Shown here one piece after another: positions 1 through 12,399 of a DNA stretch of 64,000 bases. The stretch covers positions 1,736,001 through 1,800,000 of the forward strand of contig MU008166.1 in NCBI GenBank assembly GCA_010909165.1, given 5' to 3'. Within the stretch, counting starts at the first letter, position 1, and each line of letters starts with the position of its first letter. The notes beneath the pieces are model-generated. The model saw nothing but the letters and a program-made list of their open reading frames with translations. It was not told the origin of the DNA and did not search any database. Origin of the DNA: Anthoceros angustus. Its lineage: Eukaryota; Plantae; Anthocerotophyta. Position numbers and translations under genes: made by a program.

Positions 1-58
1 AAGAACATGAGAGTACCAACTCCCATACGATAAGGAATATTTTCCATCTCTTTCTTTC

Positions 59-960
59 CTATTCAGATTGTGGATAGATAGTAGATGAAAGCTTAATACC
101 TATGGCATCAGGTGTGACTGCCGCGCGCGCATTCTCCAAATTGAAGCGTTTTAACATACCAGCTACATATCTTCCTTGATGAAGATAGATAGCACCAGTG
201 GTATCTCTATGTACATGCATTCCAAGAATATATTTAACTTTGTCGAGATCCTTCATCTCGAATTCTTTACTAAGGTCAGGTTTAATCTTATTAACTAGTT
301 CAATATTGTTAACTAGTTTAATATTGTTGTCATGAATAACTAAGTCATCAACATATAGTGCAACCAGCACAAGGGAGCTGTCCTTGCGGAGTACATTGAT
401 ATTGGTGTCTGCTTCACTTTGGATAAAACCTATCTTCTTAAGGTAAGAGTCCATTCTCTCATACCATAAACGTGGGCTTTGCTTTAGTCCATGAATGAAA
501 CAAATAAGTTTACACACATTGTTTGGGTGTTGCTCATCTTCATAGTCTTCTGGTTGATCCATATAGATCTCTTCTTGCAGATGACCATAAACGAAAGCAA
601 GACAAACATCAAGTCGATAAATTTCAGATTAAGCTCGCACATAAAGCCGTGGAGCATTCTCACTAAGCCCTTGACTACAGGTGAATAAACCTTATCGCCC
701 TAATAGTCCACTCCCTGTTTCTGACTATAACCCTTAGCCACTAGTCTAGCTTTAGAGCGAATACGAGGTTCAACCTCCGGAATTTAGTTTTGAGAACCCA
801 CTTGCATTTGACAGTCAGTTCGCCTTTAGGCAAGTTTACTAGAGTCCAAGTATTGTTTTTGATAAGAGAATTATATTCATCATCAATAGCGAACTTCCAC
901 TTAGCTGCATCAGGTCGCGAATATGCCTCTTGCAGAGTGAGAGGATCTCCCTCTGAAGGG
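59..960 (-). pseudogene. Copia reverse transcriptase, frameshifted
   Basis: ORF 59-562 carries RVT_2 motifs (GLKQSPRLWY, LYVDDL, EFEMKDL, YILGM); the RT N-terminal part (EYNSLIKNNTW) lies in other frames at about 700-960. Confidence 0.85.
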
Positions 961-1843
961 GCAACACTGAAGGTGTTGCAATGACCTGCATCACTGGTGG
1001 TGTAGTGTAGCCAGCTTGATTGAACTCTAAATCAAAGGGGATCTCATTCCAGAGGTGTCTCGGTTGATGATGACGCAAAGGATATCTTCGCTCAGGGGCT
1101 GGATCAAGCATAACTGGAGAAGGTGGAGCAGGAACAATCTTTGGGTCTTGAGGATTAAGAGCACCAAAGTCTTCTCTATTTTCATAAGGATCAACAATGG
1201 CCTGTTCATCTTCCCCCTCTCGAGCAGGAACAATAGGGATGGGAGCTGCTTGAGGTGAAGAGGCCAGGGATGGCGCAAAAGGTGCAGGACCAGAGTCAAG
1301 GAAAACAGAGGGCTGAGTCAAAAACTCAGGCATAAGGTCACCTGGGTCGGAAGAAGCAGTGTCGTCTGAAGGAGCCAAAGCAGAATCCATGGATACAGAA
1401 CAAGCAGATGCTAACCGAGCCTCATCAAAAGTGACAGTGCGAGCATATACAATAGCATGGGTATCCAAGTCAACCAGTTTATAAGCCTTATAGTCCTCGC
1501 CATAGCCAACAAATACCAGCTTGCGAGCTCGAGCAGAAAGCTTGTCGCGAAGCTGAGAGGGAAGAATAATATGATGAAGAGTGACTTCATCTAGGCCCAA
1601 GATAAGGATATGCCCAGCAAGCTTGTCTTGTTTCAACCAAGAGTCGAAGGCAGGCGAGGGCCCATTGGGCTTGAGGATAGACCCATCAACTATGCCAAGT
1701 AGATCTCTTGTATTCAAGACAGAACGCATACGTTTGGACCGTATTTCAAACTTAGTGCCATCGAAACGGTCCTTATCCTTAAAATCAGACGTCACATTCA
1801 TATAATTAATGATTGGAATGGGTGGCACATTTGAGGAAGGCAT
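839..1843 (-). CDS. Copia gag N-terminus fused in frame to the post-integrase SH3 region (deletion product)
   Basis: 334-aa ORF: gag-like RFDGTKFEIRSKRMRSVL...DKLAGHILILGL runs straight into RDKLSARARKLVFVGY at about 1560. No zinc knuckle, protease DSG or integrase core lies between them. Confidence 0.75.
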   Translation of the reverse strand: MPSSNVPPIPIINYMNVTSDFKDKDRFDGTKFEIRSKRMRSVLNTRDLLGIVDGSILKPNGPSPAFDSWLKQDKLAGHILILGLDEVTLHHIILPSQLRDKLSARARKLVFVGYGEDYKAYKLVDLDTHAIVYARTVTFDEARLASACSVSMDSALAPSDDTASSDPGDLMPEFLTQPSVFLDSGPAPFAPSLASSPQAAPIPIVPAREGEDEQAIVDPYENREDFGALNPQDPKIVPAPPSPVMLDPAPERRYPLRHHQPRHLWNEIPFDLEFNQAGYTTPPVMQVIATPSVLPLQREILSLCKRHIRDLMQLSGSSLLMMNIILLSKTILGL

Positions 1844-3937
1844 CAGTAAATATAATCAAGATAATAGTAAAGTTGTCGACGCTGAGTTATGACCCGGAGT
1901 CGAGAGCAACTTTAAAAGTTATAAACTTGATTTAGAATAATGAAGGAATAAAAACAATTAAGACTCAGAAGACCAGTGAACAATGGCTCTGTAAGAAGGA
2001 GCATAAAAAGAAGCAAGATGCTTCACTGCCTGCGCAGCAGAGGTCACTGGTTCTGAAAGCTGGTTCAACTTATCCCAAAGCTGCCAACACTCAAGTTGGA
2101 AGAACTCATGTGCTGTACCGCTTGCTGAGTCATACAAGTGGTGCTAATAGGCTGCAAAGTCAAGCTGAGGGCGAGGAGAAAAGGTTCCTACTTGATTGCT
2201 GAAAATATGCGGGGCCACAGAGGATGTCGGCCGTGACTTAAAAAGGATGGCCCGATATCGGAAGAGAGGTGTCCGAACACCGGCCGGAAACCGAAGATTC
2301 TAAAGGGCAGGAGGGCGTAAGAAACGACGGAGCCGTTTCATTCCCCTGGCTAAGAGACTCAGATGGAGTTTCAATCGGGCAGGGGCGTGGGGCACCGATT
2401 CAAGCGTCGGCCGACGGCGCGCGCACAAAACCGCCCGACACCGATCCGAATCCAGCGCCACCGATCTCGCTGGATTCGGCATCGAATCGGGGCGCAGATG
2501 TTGTAGGAGGGGCGCCCAACCCCGGCGATCCTGGTGGCAAAAGATCGGAGGCGGCGCCGTCCTGTGCTGTAACTGAATGAGAATTGATATCTGGCGTAAT
2601 TTTCCTTGCGCCAGATATTTTCCTTGTATTTGGAATTTGAGAGTTATGTCTGCTGAATTCTGGGCGCCGAGGAAGGGTGCCACTGTTGGCTATGAGTTGC
2701 CTGAGATTTGAGCGGTTGTTTGCAGGAATTTCGCCCTGGAGCACCCGTTCTGATCTGCATTTGGTTGAGCAATTTGTTTAGACAAATTTTCAGATACGGT
2801 GTGCCGTGTACTTTCTAGATTTGGGTAACAGGACGTTTGTTGATGATGCTTGTGATCTTCTAGCAGGATCCCTTGGAATCTCCTGTGAAGATACAAGTCC
2901 ATCCTTCCTGAAATGCGAGAGGAAATCTGCAGCAGCAGAAATTTCAGCTTGAACTTGGGCATAGGAGGTTGTCGGTTGTGGTGGCTGAAGCACAGTTGCC
3001 TTTGGTCGAAGTGGAGAACTCCCTAAAGCATGTTCTTCCTGTTGAAGCTGACAAGTGTTGCCAGGCTGAATCTGCTGAGAATTTTGCTGAGGAAGTGCTG
3101 ACAAGGGTGAAGCAGTCCGTCCATCAGCATTATAGTGTTTTCTGAGCACATGTTGAAGAATAATGCGGATCACAATTATTAGAATGGTGTGACGACGAAT
3201 TGTATGAGAAGGAACTCTGAACTGGCGTTGTTGGAGAATAATAAGGAGAGTTGGTTCCCATGTTATATGAATGATAGGAAGCGAACGTTTGATCCTCGGC
3301 ACTAGATATATTTCCACAACACTTCAATAGATGAGGATCATCACTATTAGACCAAGGTCTTGATGACCTTCGATTGCTAGAAACTCCTCTTGCTGAATGG
3401 TGTTGGCTAGAAGTTTCTCTTGTCGATGATGATATCAAGTCTTGTTCTAGAAAGAAACAAGATAGCCTACATGCTATCTTGCTCCCTAGACTTTTGACAA
3501 GAGACGAATTCAACCGATGATGTTGATAAGATCCTCGAGAGTGCACTCTTTGTCTATTGCTCCTATCTAGTTCTCCGCTTCTCTTAGCATGACGACTCTT
3601 GTGATCATGTCTTTTTGCCATGTTATAACTTGGAATGAAATGATAAAGGAACAAAGCTTTGAGCAAGAGAGAATGATGAGAGTGCTAGAAGCCTTGGAAG
3701 AACAAGATGAAGTATGAGTGTGGCAATGAGCCATGAACCTTTAATGAATATAAAGGTTAATCATAGAAGAAGCCAAACTGTTTTCTAAATAAAATATGTT
3801 TGGTTGAATATGAAAGTATCTATGAATAAGTATAACTTCATTTTTATAAATACCAGAAGCTTCGGAAAGACATTTGCAAATAAGCAGAACATCTAAATTC
3901 ACATCATAATGCATGATGAACTTAGTAATCAAACCTC

Positions 3938-3949
3938 GCTCTGATACCA
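3938..3949 (-). promoter_or_regulatory. Primer binding site (initiator Met tRNA)
   Basis: Plus strand GCTCTGATACCA = minus strand TGGTATCAGAGC. Confidence 0.9.
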
Positions 3950-3953
3950 AGTT

Positions 3954-4260
3954 TGAGGTGATTTGCGGAAGCGTTTGATCAAAGTTTAGTGCTTTACTAA
4001 TTGATACAATTGATTACAAGAGGTGGGCTTTTATAGCCTGTGTTTAAAGAGTTGTACCTCTTCGGTACGTGATACCAAAGGGTATGACTACGTTGGGTTA
4101 AGCTAATCTAACCATAACCAACGTGGTCTGTACTTCTAACTCTTAGCACAGGCCTTAAGGAACTTCGAGAATTCCCGACCTATGGCCCCGTGAGTCTCGA
4201 TAGCGAGGGGGATAAAAGTGTGGCCGTTCTGCAGAGGAGAGTACTTGGTGGATGTCATGC
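3954..4260 (-). repeat. 5' LTR of the copia element (outer boundary uncertain)
   Basis: Minus-strand CA end a few nt from the PBS, with a minus-strand TATA-like CTATAAAAG about 80 nt inside. The other LTR is not in the window, so the outer end cannot be fixed. Confidence 0.55.
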
Positions 4261-4262
4261 CG

Positions 4263-5063
4263 TGTGATACTAATCTCTGCACTTGGGTTTAGTGTTTGAT
4301 TAGCATTAGTTAATCTAATTACTTATCTTTAAGTAAGTAATTAGTGTTAATTAATCTAAGGTGCTTATGCTAATTAAGCATTGATTAGTGTTAATTAAAC
4401 TAATGTGCTTATGCTAATTAAGCATTGATTAGTGTTAATTAATCTAATGTGCTTATGTTAATTAAGCATTGATTAGTGTTAATTAAACATGGTTAGCAAT
4501 AGCTAAGTGGATAAGCTCAAGTAATATGCTTTGGCATATTCCTTGCATATTATAGTGTATTCTTAGGATACAATAGCTAAGTGGATAAGCTCAAGTAATA
4601 TGCTTGGCATATTCCTTGCATATTATAGTGTATTCTTAGGATATTTAGGCATGTACGCCAATAGGATATCTTAGGAATATGCGATGCAGGTCTAGTATAT
4701 ATAGACCCTTCCATTGAGACAAGCTCGGATCATAGCTTGTCCTCTAGATATGCAATGCAAGAGCGTTGTGAGGAGGCCAAAGCTATGACTCAGAGCGATG
4801 TGTGAGGAATTGCGTGTTGTTCTCGTGGGAGAGTGTGTTTGTGCCACGGCGCGAGCTACTCCCTCTTGTTGTTATTGGTTGCACCTATATATCTGCGTAT
4901 TCGATTTGTTCGCTTGGTTGTTGGTCGAGGAACTGCTTACATGAATTCAAGTGCTTACCTCGTGCGACATGGACCTTGGCCGTCGCGTGACCTTCCGGCG
5001 CCCAACCGAGGGGGTTTGAGGATAACGTGCTCACAGACACTGTCCCGGGTGGGGTCCGTTACA
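4263..5063 (+). mobile_element. Possible solo LTR (gypsy-type end) with internal tandem repeats
   Basis: Begins TGTGATAC and ends GGGGTCCGTTACA, with a TATA-like CTAGTATATATAG at about 4692. No clear TSD found. Confidence 0.35.
4341..4643. repeat. 44-bp tandem repeat (about 3.3 copies) followed by a 74-bp tandem repeat (2 copies)
   Basis: TTAGTGTTAATTAA recurs at 4341, 4385, 4429 and 4473; CAATAGCTAAGTGG recurs at 4497 and 4571. Confidence 0.9.
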
Positions 5064-5361
5064 AACACATCAGCGACAGAAACCTAGTCCCCCGAGTCAT
5101 CCAGGAGCCTACTTTAGATGTCATGCCACACCTCTTAACTTAGGAATGCCAAAGGGCTTCTTGGGTGGTTTGTGAGGCATGTTTACATACTAGGGAGCAA
5201 GGATGCTTGGATATTGGCTCTCCGAAACATCAAAGCATTTGAAGGAGTACCGCATCGCAGGATCAAGAGACTTTGCACCCGTGCGAAATTGGAAGTTTGC
5301 GATTTGAGAGTTAGCACTTTACTTGGCCTTAACAATTGATTGCTACCATCCTATTGTTTAA

Positions 5362-5710
5362 GGCACCCTAACTATCTTGTAGAGGCACAAGGCTCTTAAC
5401 CTTATGGTCGAAGGTTTGAGCCCCTTGGGTGGTGTGTGTTATACCATACTTTGGGGATGGAAGTGGGTTGCCATAACAACCCTCTCCCATTTCCAAAGGC
5501 TCTTAACCTTGTGGTCGGAGGTTCGAGCCCCTCGGGTGGTGTGTGTTATACCGTACATCGAGAATGGAAATGGGTTTGCTATAACAACCCTCTCCCATTT
5601 CCCAAGGCTCTTAATATTGTGGTCGGTGGTTCGAGCCCCTCGGGTGGTGTGTGTTATACCGTACATTGGGGATGCAAGTGGGTTACTAGAACAACCCTCT
5701 TCCTTCCTCT
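5362..5710 (+). repeat. tRNA-Lys(CUU)-derived element with three 107-108-bp units
   Basis: AAGGCTCTTAA recurs at 5389, 5496 and 5604, each followed by a T-arm-like GGTTCGAGCCCC. This matches the plant tRNA-Lys CUU 3' half; the first unit also has a degenerate 5' half. Confidence 0.8.
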
Positions 5711-7230
5711 AGATCTACTGAATTTTGGTAAGCTCAACTTGATGGCTTTGCCGAATAACGATTAGAAAACCGGGTCCTGCAAGAAAGACTCTTCAAGCTA
5801 GGAGACTTTAATCGGTAGAGTGATTTTATAAAAAAGTAAGACCTTGCTAGACTTTTGCCAAATCAAGCCAAAAAACAAGGGTATACATCTCCATAAACAC
5901 AATATTACCGCTTGCATTGTATACTCAAATAAGGATGCGGAGTCGGAGAGGACCTTGGGATTAAGGCAAAACAATATCTATATACGGACTTCATGTGTGC
6001 AGGTATCACAAACACAATATGCACTAGCCTATGCATTGTCAACCAATAGTGGTATATAGTTTTGGAGATACAACCAAACCATTAGGGAATTGTATCAACA
6101 TAATTAACAAACAACTGCGCACCTCCCCTGATTTCTTATTTTAGGAGGTTTTATTATAAAATATTAACTGCATATCCATATTAAAATATTATTTTTTTCC
6201 ATTGAAACCAAACATCAAGCTCCTGAAGAGAAAAAAAGCGCTTTGCAGAAGTTGCAAGTTACCATTTCGGGGGACCGGAATCCATCGCTCCATCCGCCCA
6301 CCAATACTCACACCTTGTTACTTCCTTGGAAATAGAAGAAGAAGGACGTGTACACTACATAATATAAAGACGGAAAATGCATTCCGTATTAGGTTGTAGG
6401 ATTTCACTTTGAACGCGTTGCCGTTGAGTATGCCAAAGTTGGCAATAGGCGTTGAAGAGGCGAGGAACAGTGTTGGGATAAATAAGGTTAGCGTGTGAAA
6501 ACTTCGAAACCTCAGGAAAGGCATCTACATTAGACGAGAAGAAGAAGGAAGCTAAAAAAAATGTGACGAATGGCTCGCAACCCGAGCAGGTGCAGGTCCG
6601 ACTGGAGTCCGAATCCCATGATAGAGCCAGACACTATCGTGGCAGGCACTGGCACTGGCACTGGCAGTCGAGCAGGCAGGACGCGGGAACCAGGGACGCT
6701 AATCCCGCTTCTACGCCATTCCTGGCTTTTTCGCTTTCCCCGCGGAATCCAAGAAGAACGGGGGGTCCTGGGTCCTGGGTGCGGACACCAACACCAGTTG
6801 TATGTACCGGTATCCTGTCCCGCCGAATCGGCTCAAAGCCGGTCGCAGCTCCATTCCGTTCATCACAGTGGACAGGCCTCTACAGAGCTGGGCCCTCCTC
6901 GCCCAGTCCCCATTGGCGGTGAAAGGTGGGTCGTGATTCGTGAAGCAGCAGCTGTGGACTGCGATACGCGAGCAATAAAAGAGCACCAGTAGGTCAGTAG
7001 GTGTGACGAGATGCACACGAGCTGACCATGGTCCACCACTGCCAGTTCGTTGCTTGTCTCCTCCCCTGCTTGCTTGCGACAAGGGAACGGTTTCCGCATT
7101 CCCCCAGCTGGCTGCCCTAAAGTGAAAGATGTTCGGACTCGCACCATCCATCTTACACGAAGAAGAGCCTGCTAGAAGCATGCATGGCCGCATGGATATC
7201 TATCCCAACGGTGTCTCCCGAGAGAAGGCA

Positions 7231-7400
7231 TTGCGCACATCACAAAAAGCGTTGCCCACATCGCAACAGCCGTTGCTGACATCACAACAGGCAGTGCCCA
7301 CATCGTAATGAGCAGTGCCCACGTCACAATAAGCATGCCACATCACAATAAGCACTGCCCACATCACAATTTGAACAAGCGTTGCCCACATCACAAGAAG
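7231..7400 (+). repeat. 21-bp minisatellite (about 8 degenerate units)
   Basis: Unit approximately GTGCCCACATCACAACAGGCA; reads as [LV]PTSQQA heptads on the plus strand with several stop codons. Confidence 0.8.
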
Positions 7401-8430
7401 CACCGTCCGAGCATCGCCCACATCCATCCAGGGTAGGGGATAGGATAAGGGTCTCATCACGCTACAGGATTCTCACAGCAGCCCACCAACAGCCATGGAA
7501 GATGTCCATGTCTGCTCTGCATGGGGGTGGTGAGCACTGTACAGTACATGGAGCAAGGAGGGCAGTGCACGCAAGTCCCGGGCTTGGCAACGGCACGGAC
7601 CCAAGGAACGGTGACACCAGGAGTCGCAGCAGTCACGACTCACCACTGACAAGCTGTGAATCATGAGAGACGTCTGCAGCAAGACGCCAGGACCGTGGCA
7701 GAGTACTTTGGGAAGAAAAGATGCCTGTGGAGTCGTGAAGCTGCTGAGAGCAGTCATTGCCACTGCCGCTGCAGCAGCAACAAGAGGGCATTATTGTGTC
7801 GTAATAAAGCACTGAAGGAGAGCACTCTTCTGGAACCACAATCCCGCATTCCCATCGGAGTCGCCAATAGAACTGCACCACAATTCTCATCAAGGACCAG
7901 ACCCAGCGGGTACGATTACGAAGCTTGTTGGGTGCGGAGGTTCATGAGACGTGGACTGGTCTGCAGTAGTGGGTGGCGGGCATGCTGCATTGCACACTGC
8001 ACAGCCTGGGCAGGCTTGGAGATGCGCGCCCTGACACATCCAGACTGGACTCGCAGCCGTCCCGGAACATACGTATCCCCCATCCCCGCCACCGTATGAT
8101 GAGCGCCCTATCCTACGTACGGCCGGGCCTTGCTGGGAGGCCGCTTCGGCTGCCAGCAGGCAAGCCAGCCAGCCAGCCGCACGGTAGAAGTGAGTGGAAT
8201 GGAAGCGGAGCCGCCACAGGCAGTGCACTGCAGTGACTGCACTGCACGCCCCGGCTGTGCTATATATGAATGCCTCCTGAGCATTTCCCTCCAGAAGCTT
8301 CACTCATTCGCAGCCCATCTCGGGCTCGGAGCAGGAATCCGCATTCCTCCCTCTCCCTGCGCTTCCCTCCTTCCTCCCCCCAGGCACCCACATTCCGCAG
8401 GGAGCGAGCTAGCGCTCCCTGGCTGGGGAG

Positions 8431-10050
8431 ATGGGTCCCGGGGCTTTGCTTGTGCTGTCCCTGCTGGTGCTGGGCTCGGCGGGGCCTGGAGATGCCCATG
8501 GCCACCACGCTTCCGGAGTCGGGCACCATCAGCGAGGGGGATTCGATTCCTGGGTCCAGCGGGTGCACCAAAGGGTGAGCACGAATCTGGCTAAGTTTGA
8601 GGCCGGCGAGGTGCTGGCCTCAGTGCAGCAGGCGGCCGCTGTGCCGTCTCGGGTGATCGTGGTGGATGCTGGCGGGGCGGGGGATTTCACCTCCCCAAGC
8701 GCCGCGCTGAATTCCATCAAGCCCGACCAGAAGCGGACGCAGCGGGTGGTCATCCAGATCAATGCCGGAACCTACAAGTGACACCAAATTCCTTCCCGCT
8801 TCTGTCTGCCTGAGTTCGAATTCCTTCGTGCGGAATCCTGAATCCTGAGCGGGGAGTCACATTGTCCTGTTGCTGGTGTAGGGAGAAGGTGGTGATTCCT
8901 AAGAACAAGCCTTTCATCACATTGCAAGGGGCCGGGAAGGACGTGACTAAGATTACCTGGGGGGATACCGCTAGTTCTACCGGCACCACCATCAAGAGCG
9001 CCACTGTCTCCATCAGCGCTCCCAATTTCATAGCCCAGGACATCACATTCGAGGTCTGAATGTCTTGCTCTTGCTTGCAATGCCGCTCGCAGCCTTGAAT
9101 CCTTTGTTTGCCTCGTTTCTGAGACGGATTCGTGGTGGGCAATGCGCAGAACTCTGCTCCCGTGCCGGACAGTGGGGCAACTGGGGAGCAGGCTGTGGCG
9201 CTGATGATCACTGGGGACATGGCGGAGTTCTACCGGTGCGGATTCCTGGGAGCGCAGGACACGCTGTATGATCACAAGGGGCGGCACTACTTCAAGGACT
9301 GCTTCATCCAGGGTGTGGTGGACTTCATCTTCGGCGACGGCCTCTCTTTGTACGATGTAAGCATTTTCCCTACATGCACGCACGGAGTGCAGTCTGAATC
9401 ACCCACAAGGAAGGGAATGCTCTTTTTCTCTTTCGGTTGTTGTGGGTTGGGAGAAATCCTTGTTGGGCATTGGCAGAGGCTGACGCGAATCGCAATTCCC
9501 AGGGCTGCACGCTAAACGTGATCCAGAGGAGCACCAGCGCAGGCTCGCTTACAGCTCAGAAGCGGGCGTCCAGCAGCGAGGACACGGGATTCTCCTTCGT
9601 CAACTGCAAGGTGGTGGGCTCGGGCAACATGCAGATTTATCTCGGCCGGGCGTGGGGAGCCTACTCAAGAGTCGTCTTCGCCTACACTTATCTGGCGGAC
9701 ATCATCACTCCCGTCGGCTGGTACAACTGGGGGGTGCCCGAGCGCCAGAGGTATGTGTGCTTCGCATTGCATCGGGAACAAGGCGTACTGACTGCTTCTG
9801 TGAATTGAAATAATAAAAGATTCCAGACATTCTTCCGCCAATTTCTCTATGTTGGCAACAGCTCCTGATCCAGTTCCGGTGGACCCCGTCGTGTTGCTGC
9901 AGCACTGTTTTCTACGGCCAGTACAAATGCACTGGCCCGGGCGCCAACCAGGCTGGCAGAGTGCCCTGGTCCAGAGAGCTCTCGGATGCCGATGCTCAGC
10001 CCTTTCTCACCAAGGCCTTCATCGACGGCCAGCAGTGGGTCCAGGTCTAG
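8431..10050 (+). CDS. PME: Pectin methylesterase (type II, no PRO domain), 5 exons
   Basis: Exons 8431-8777, 8882-9053, 9150-9356, 9503-9750, 9903-10050 with GT-AG junctions. Signal peptide and motifs GTYKEKV, QAVAL, QDTL, VDFIFG, LGRAW are intact. Confidence 0.95.
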
Positions 10051-11500
10051 ACCTGTCTGCAGCTTACTTGTAGACAGGATACAACAAAACAACAGATGGA
10101 GTATTCTTTTCGTCTGTGACAGCAAATCAGATCACACCACGCAAGCAGACACATCAAATCCCCTTTCCACCAGTTTGCCGCGTCTATGTCCAGGAAAGTC
10201 TCATCCCTCTGTGTGTACATAGGTACAGACCTCTCACCATGCTGGAATTCCGGGGTTGAAATATTGTGAACTTTACCCTCACACTTGCAATAGAGGTCTG
10301 TAATTACACCAGAGCTGAACTGGGTTGTTCATATACTGCAATGGCATTTCGCTCTACAAGAGCATTTCGAAGGATTACTCTGTCGTCTGATTGGTCTGCG
10401 CCCTTCCCCACCTAATGCTGACTTGGTTGAAGGTTACTGAATCCTTGGCAGTAGAAGGATTCAAGCCCACTTGTTGACAACACAGGTTGGGTTCCGTGTG
10501 TGCACCGATTCGCAGCTGCTTGTTGCAGTTGGGTCGGTTCAGATGAAGAACTAGCCACACTACGCCAGAGAGTATTGCTTGTGGGTTGCGTATTTCAACC
10601 CTGTCCTGTCCAAACTGAGACATGGACATGGTTGGCTAGCTCATTTGGAGGCTTGCGATCTGGCTGGGTCACGAAGTCGGGCGAGCTCACCTGCGCTGCA
10701 AGGGACGAACAGCTGCAGGAGATGAGGGATCGGGGGTGCAGACTTGGAATTTTGCTCAGATCCGGTGTAATCGGATCAGCGTGAACTGCCCCGGCGGAGC
10801 ACGAGGAGCACGCATTCTGAGGCAGCAACCATTTTGACTCGATTGCAATTGCAATTGCAATTGCGCTTGCGATTGCGGAGAGCTCCACGGATGGTGGCAT
10901 GTGGGCATCCATGTGTGGAGAACGGTTCTGTGATGGGCCCGCGTATCGGGACTCGCGCGGCGGAAGTTTGTGTGGAGATTTAGCTGCTTCCGGGAACACA
11001 ATTGCTCCGATGCCAGCAGGAAAATCAATGGCAGCTGGGACGCTGCCAAAGCTCTCCATTGTCTCCCCATAAAACCCCGCGGCGGACTCACAACCGACCC
11101 CAAGCCGGCAGTCAGCCAGTCAGCCAAATGCATTTTAAGAATTGCAATGGGAAAGTTCAAAGAAGGTAGGTCATTGGATGGCGCCTTTTTGGCAACTATC
11201 TCAACCTTTAGTAACGGGCAGCATTTACTGGTAGTAACTGCATACTCAATCGCTAAAGATATAGTAATTACCATACTTAGTAGAGTCTTGGGTATATAAT
11301 CACTAAAGATATATAATAATTACTTTATTTGACTTAGTAGAGTCTTGGAGTATATAAAGGAGTGTGCTCCTAGTCTTGTACCCATCGCAGCTTATTTCTT
11401 TTATAAATAAGCTTGCCCCTTTGTCCCTTATCACAAATTTAAGGGGGGTAAAAAGTTTTTTCAACTACTTAATGTAACTTCTTCTACCCCATAGTATAAA

Positions 11501-12399
11501 ATGTCTACTCTTGTACATGAACTTCGTAAAGATATTATAAAAAATAGACATATAATATCATGTAATTATATAGCAAACAACGTTCCACTGTACATAGAGG
11601 TTCTCCAAAATAACTGTTCTCAGCCTATGCCTAATACACTGAAGGTTTCAAACTCCAAGCTGAGTAGCAATGACACAACTACATCTCGACGGCGTCAATA
11701 CAAAAACATCACAATCCAAGACCCACTCTATAAATGCATTAAAGAAGATGAAACATTGAAAAAGTATTGGAGAAATAGATATAAGCTATTCTCGAAGTAT
11801 GATTGGGGTATCAAATTGGACAGGGAAGCATTATATTCAGTGACCCCTGAGGTCTTAGCGAAACACCAAGCATCGAGATGTCACCCACGCTCAAAAATTA
11901 TAGATGGTTTTGCGGTGCCGGCGGAAATACTATACAATTTGCATTGCAAGGACATCAAGTTACAGCAATTGACATCGACCCTGAGAAGATTAAATTTGCA
12001 AAACATAATGCCAAAATTTATGGAGTACAAGATCGTATTGAATTTATCGTTGGAGACTTTTTCAAACTTGCTCCCAAGCTAAAGGCGGACGTTGTTTTTC
12101 TTGCACCCCCATGGGGTGGACCAAACTACGATAGCAAATCGAGGGAGTTTGATTTGCAAACCATGTTGCAGCCAAAGGATGGCAAAACATTGTTTCTAAT
12201 GGCACAACTCATTGCGCCAAATATTTTAATGTTTCTACCTCGTAACACGTCTCTACCTCAACTGAAAACATTGCCGCCAGCTTATACATCAAGTTCTAAC
12301 GTACATTTTGAGGCGGAAAGCAACTACATAGATAATGGTTGCAAAGGACTTACTGTATATTATGGAGATTTCCTTCCTCCTAAAAGAACTAGATTTTAG
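11501..12399 (+). CDS. TGS1: TGS1-like RNA cap (guanine-N2) methyltransferase, intronless, one frameshift at 11908-11911
   Basis: ORFs 11501-12082 and 11878-12399 join into about 299 aa if one T is added to the T4 run: KYWRNRYKLFS, YSVTPE, DGFCGAGGNTIQFA, AIDID, FLAPPWGGP, LPRN. Confidence 0.88.

Larger units (their letters stand above)
1..3953 (-). mobile_element. Ty1/copia LTR retrotransposon internal region, internally deleted (non-autonomous); runs off the window start
   Basis: Minus-strand gag N-terminus, integrase-associated SH3 (KLVFVGYGEDYKAYKLVD), RT (HGLKQSPRLW, LYVDDL), and iMet PBS TGGTATCAGAGC at 3938-3949 next to an LTR edge. Confidence 0.9.

Noticed and set aside
7231-7400. 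RNA polymerase II CTD (YSPTSPS) repeats
   Set aside because: Only the PTS core is shared; no Tyr1/Ser2 or Pro6, and no polymerase sequence nearby.
10845-10880. (TTGCAA)n palindromic run, and similar microsatellites at 6645 (GGCACT)n and 32935 (TTTG)n
   Set aside because: Ordinary simple repeats with no associated structure.
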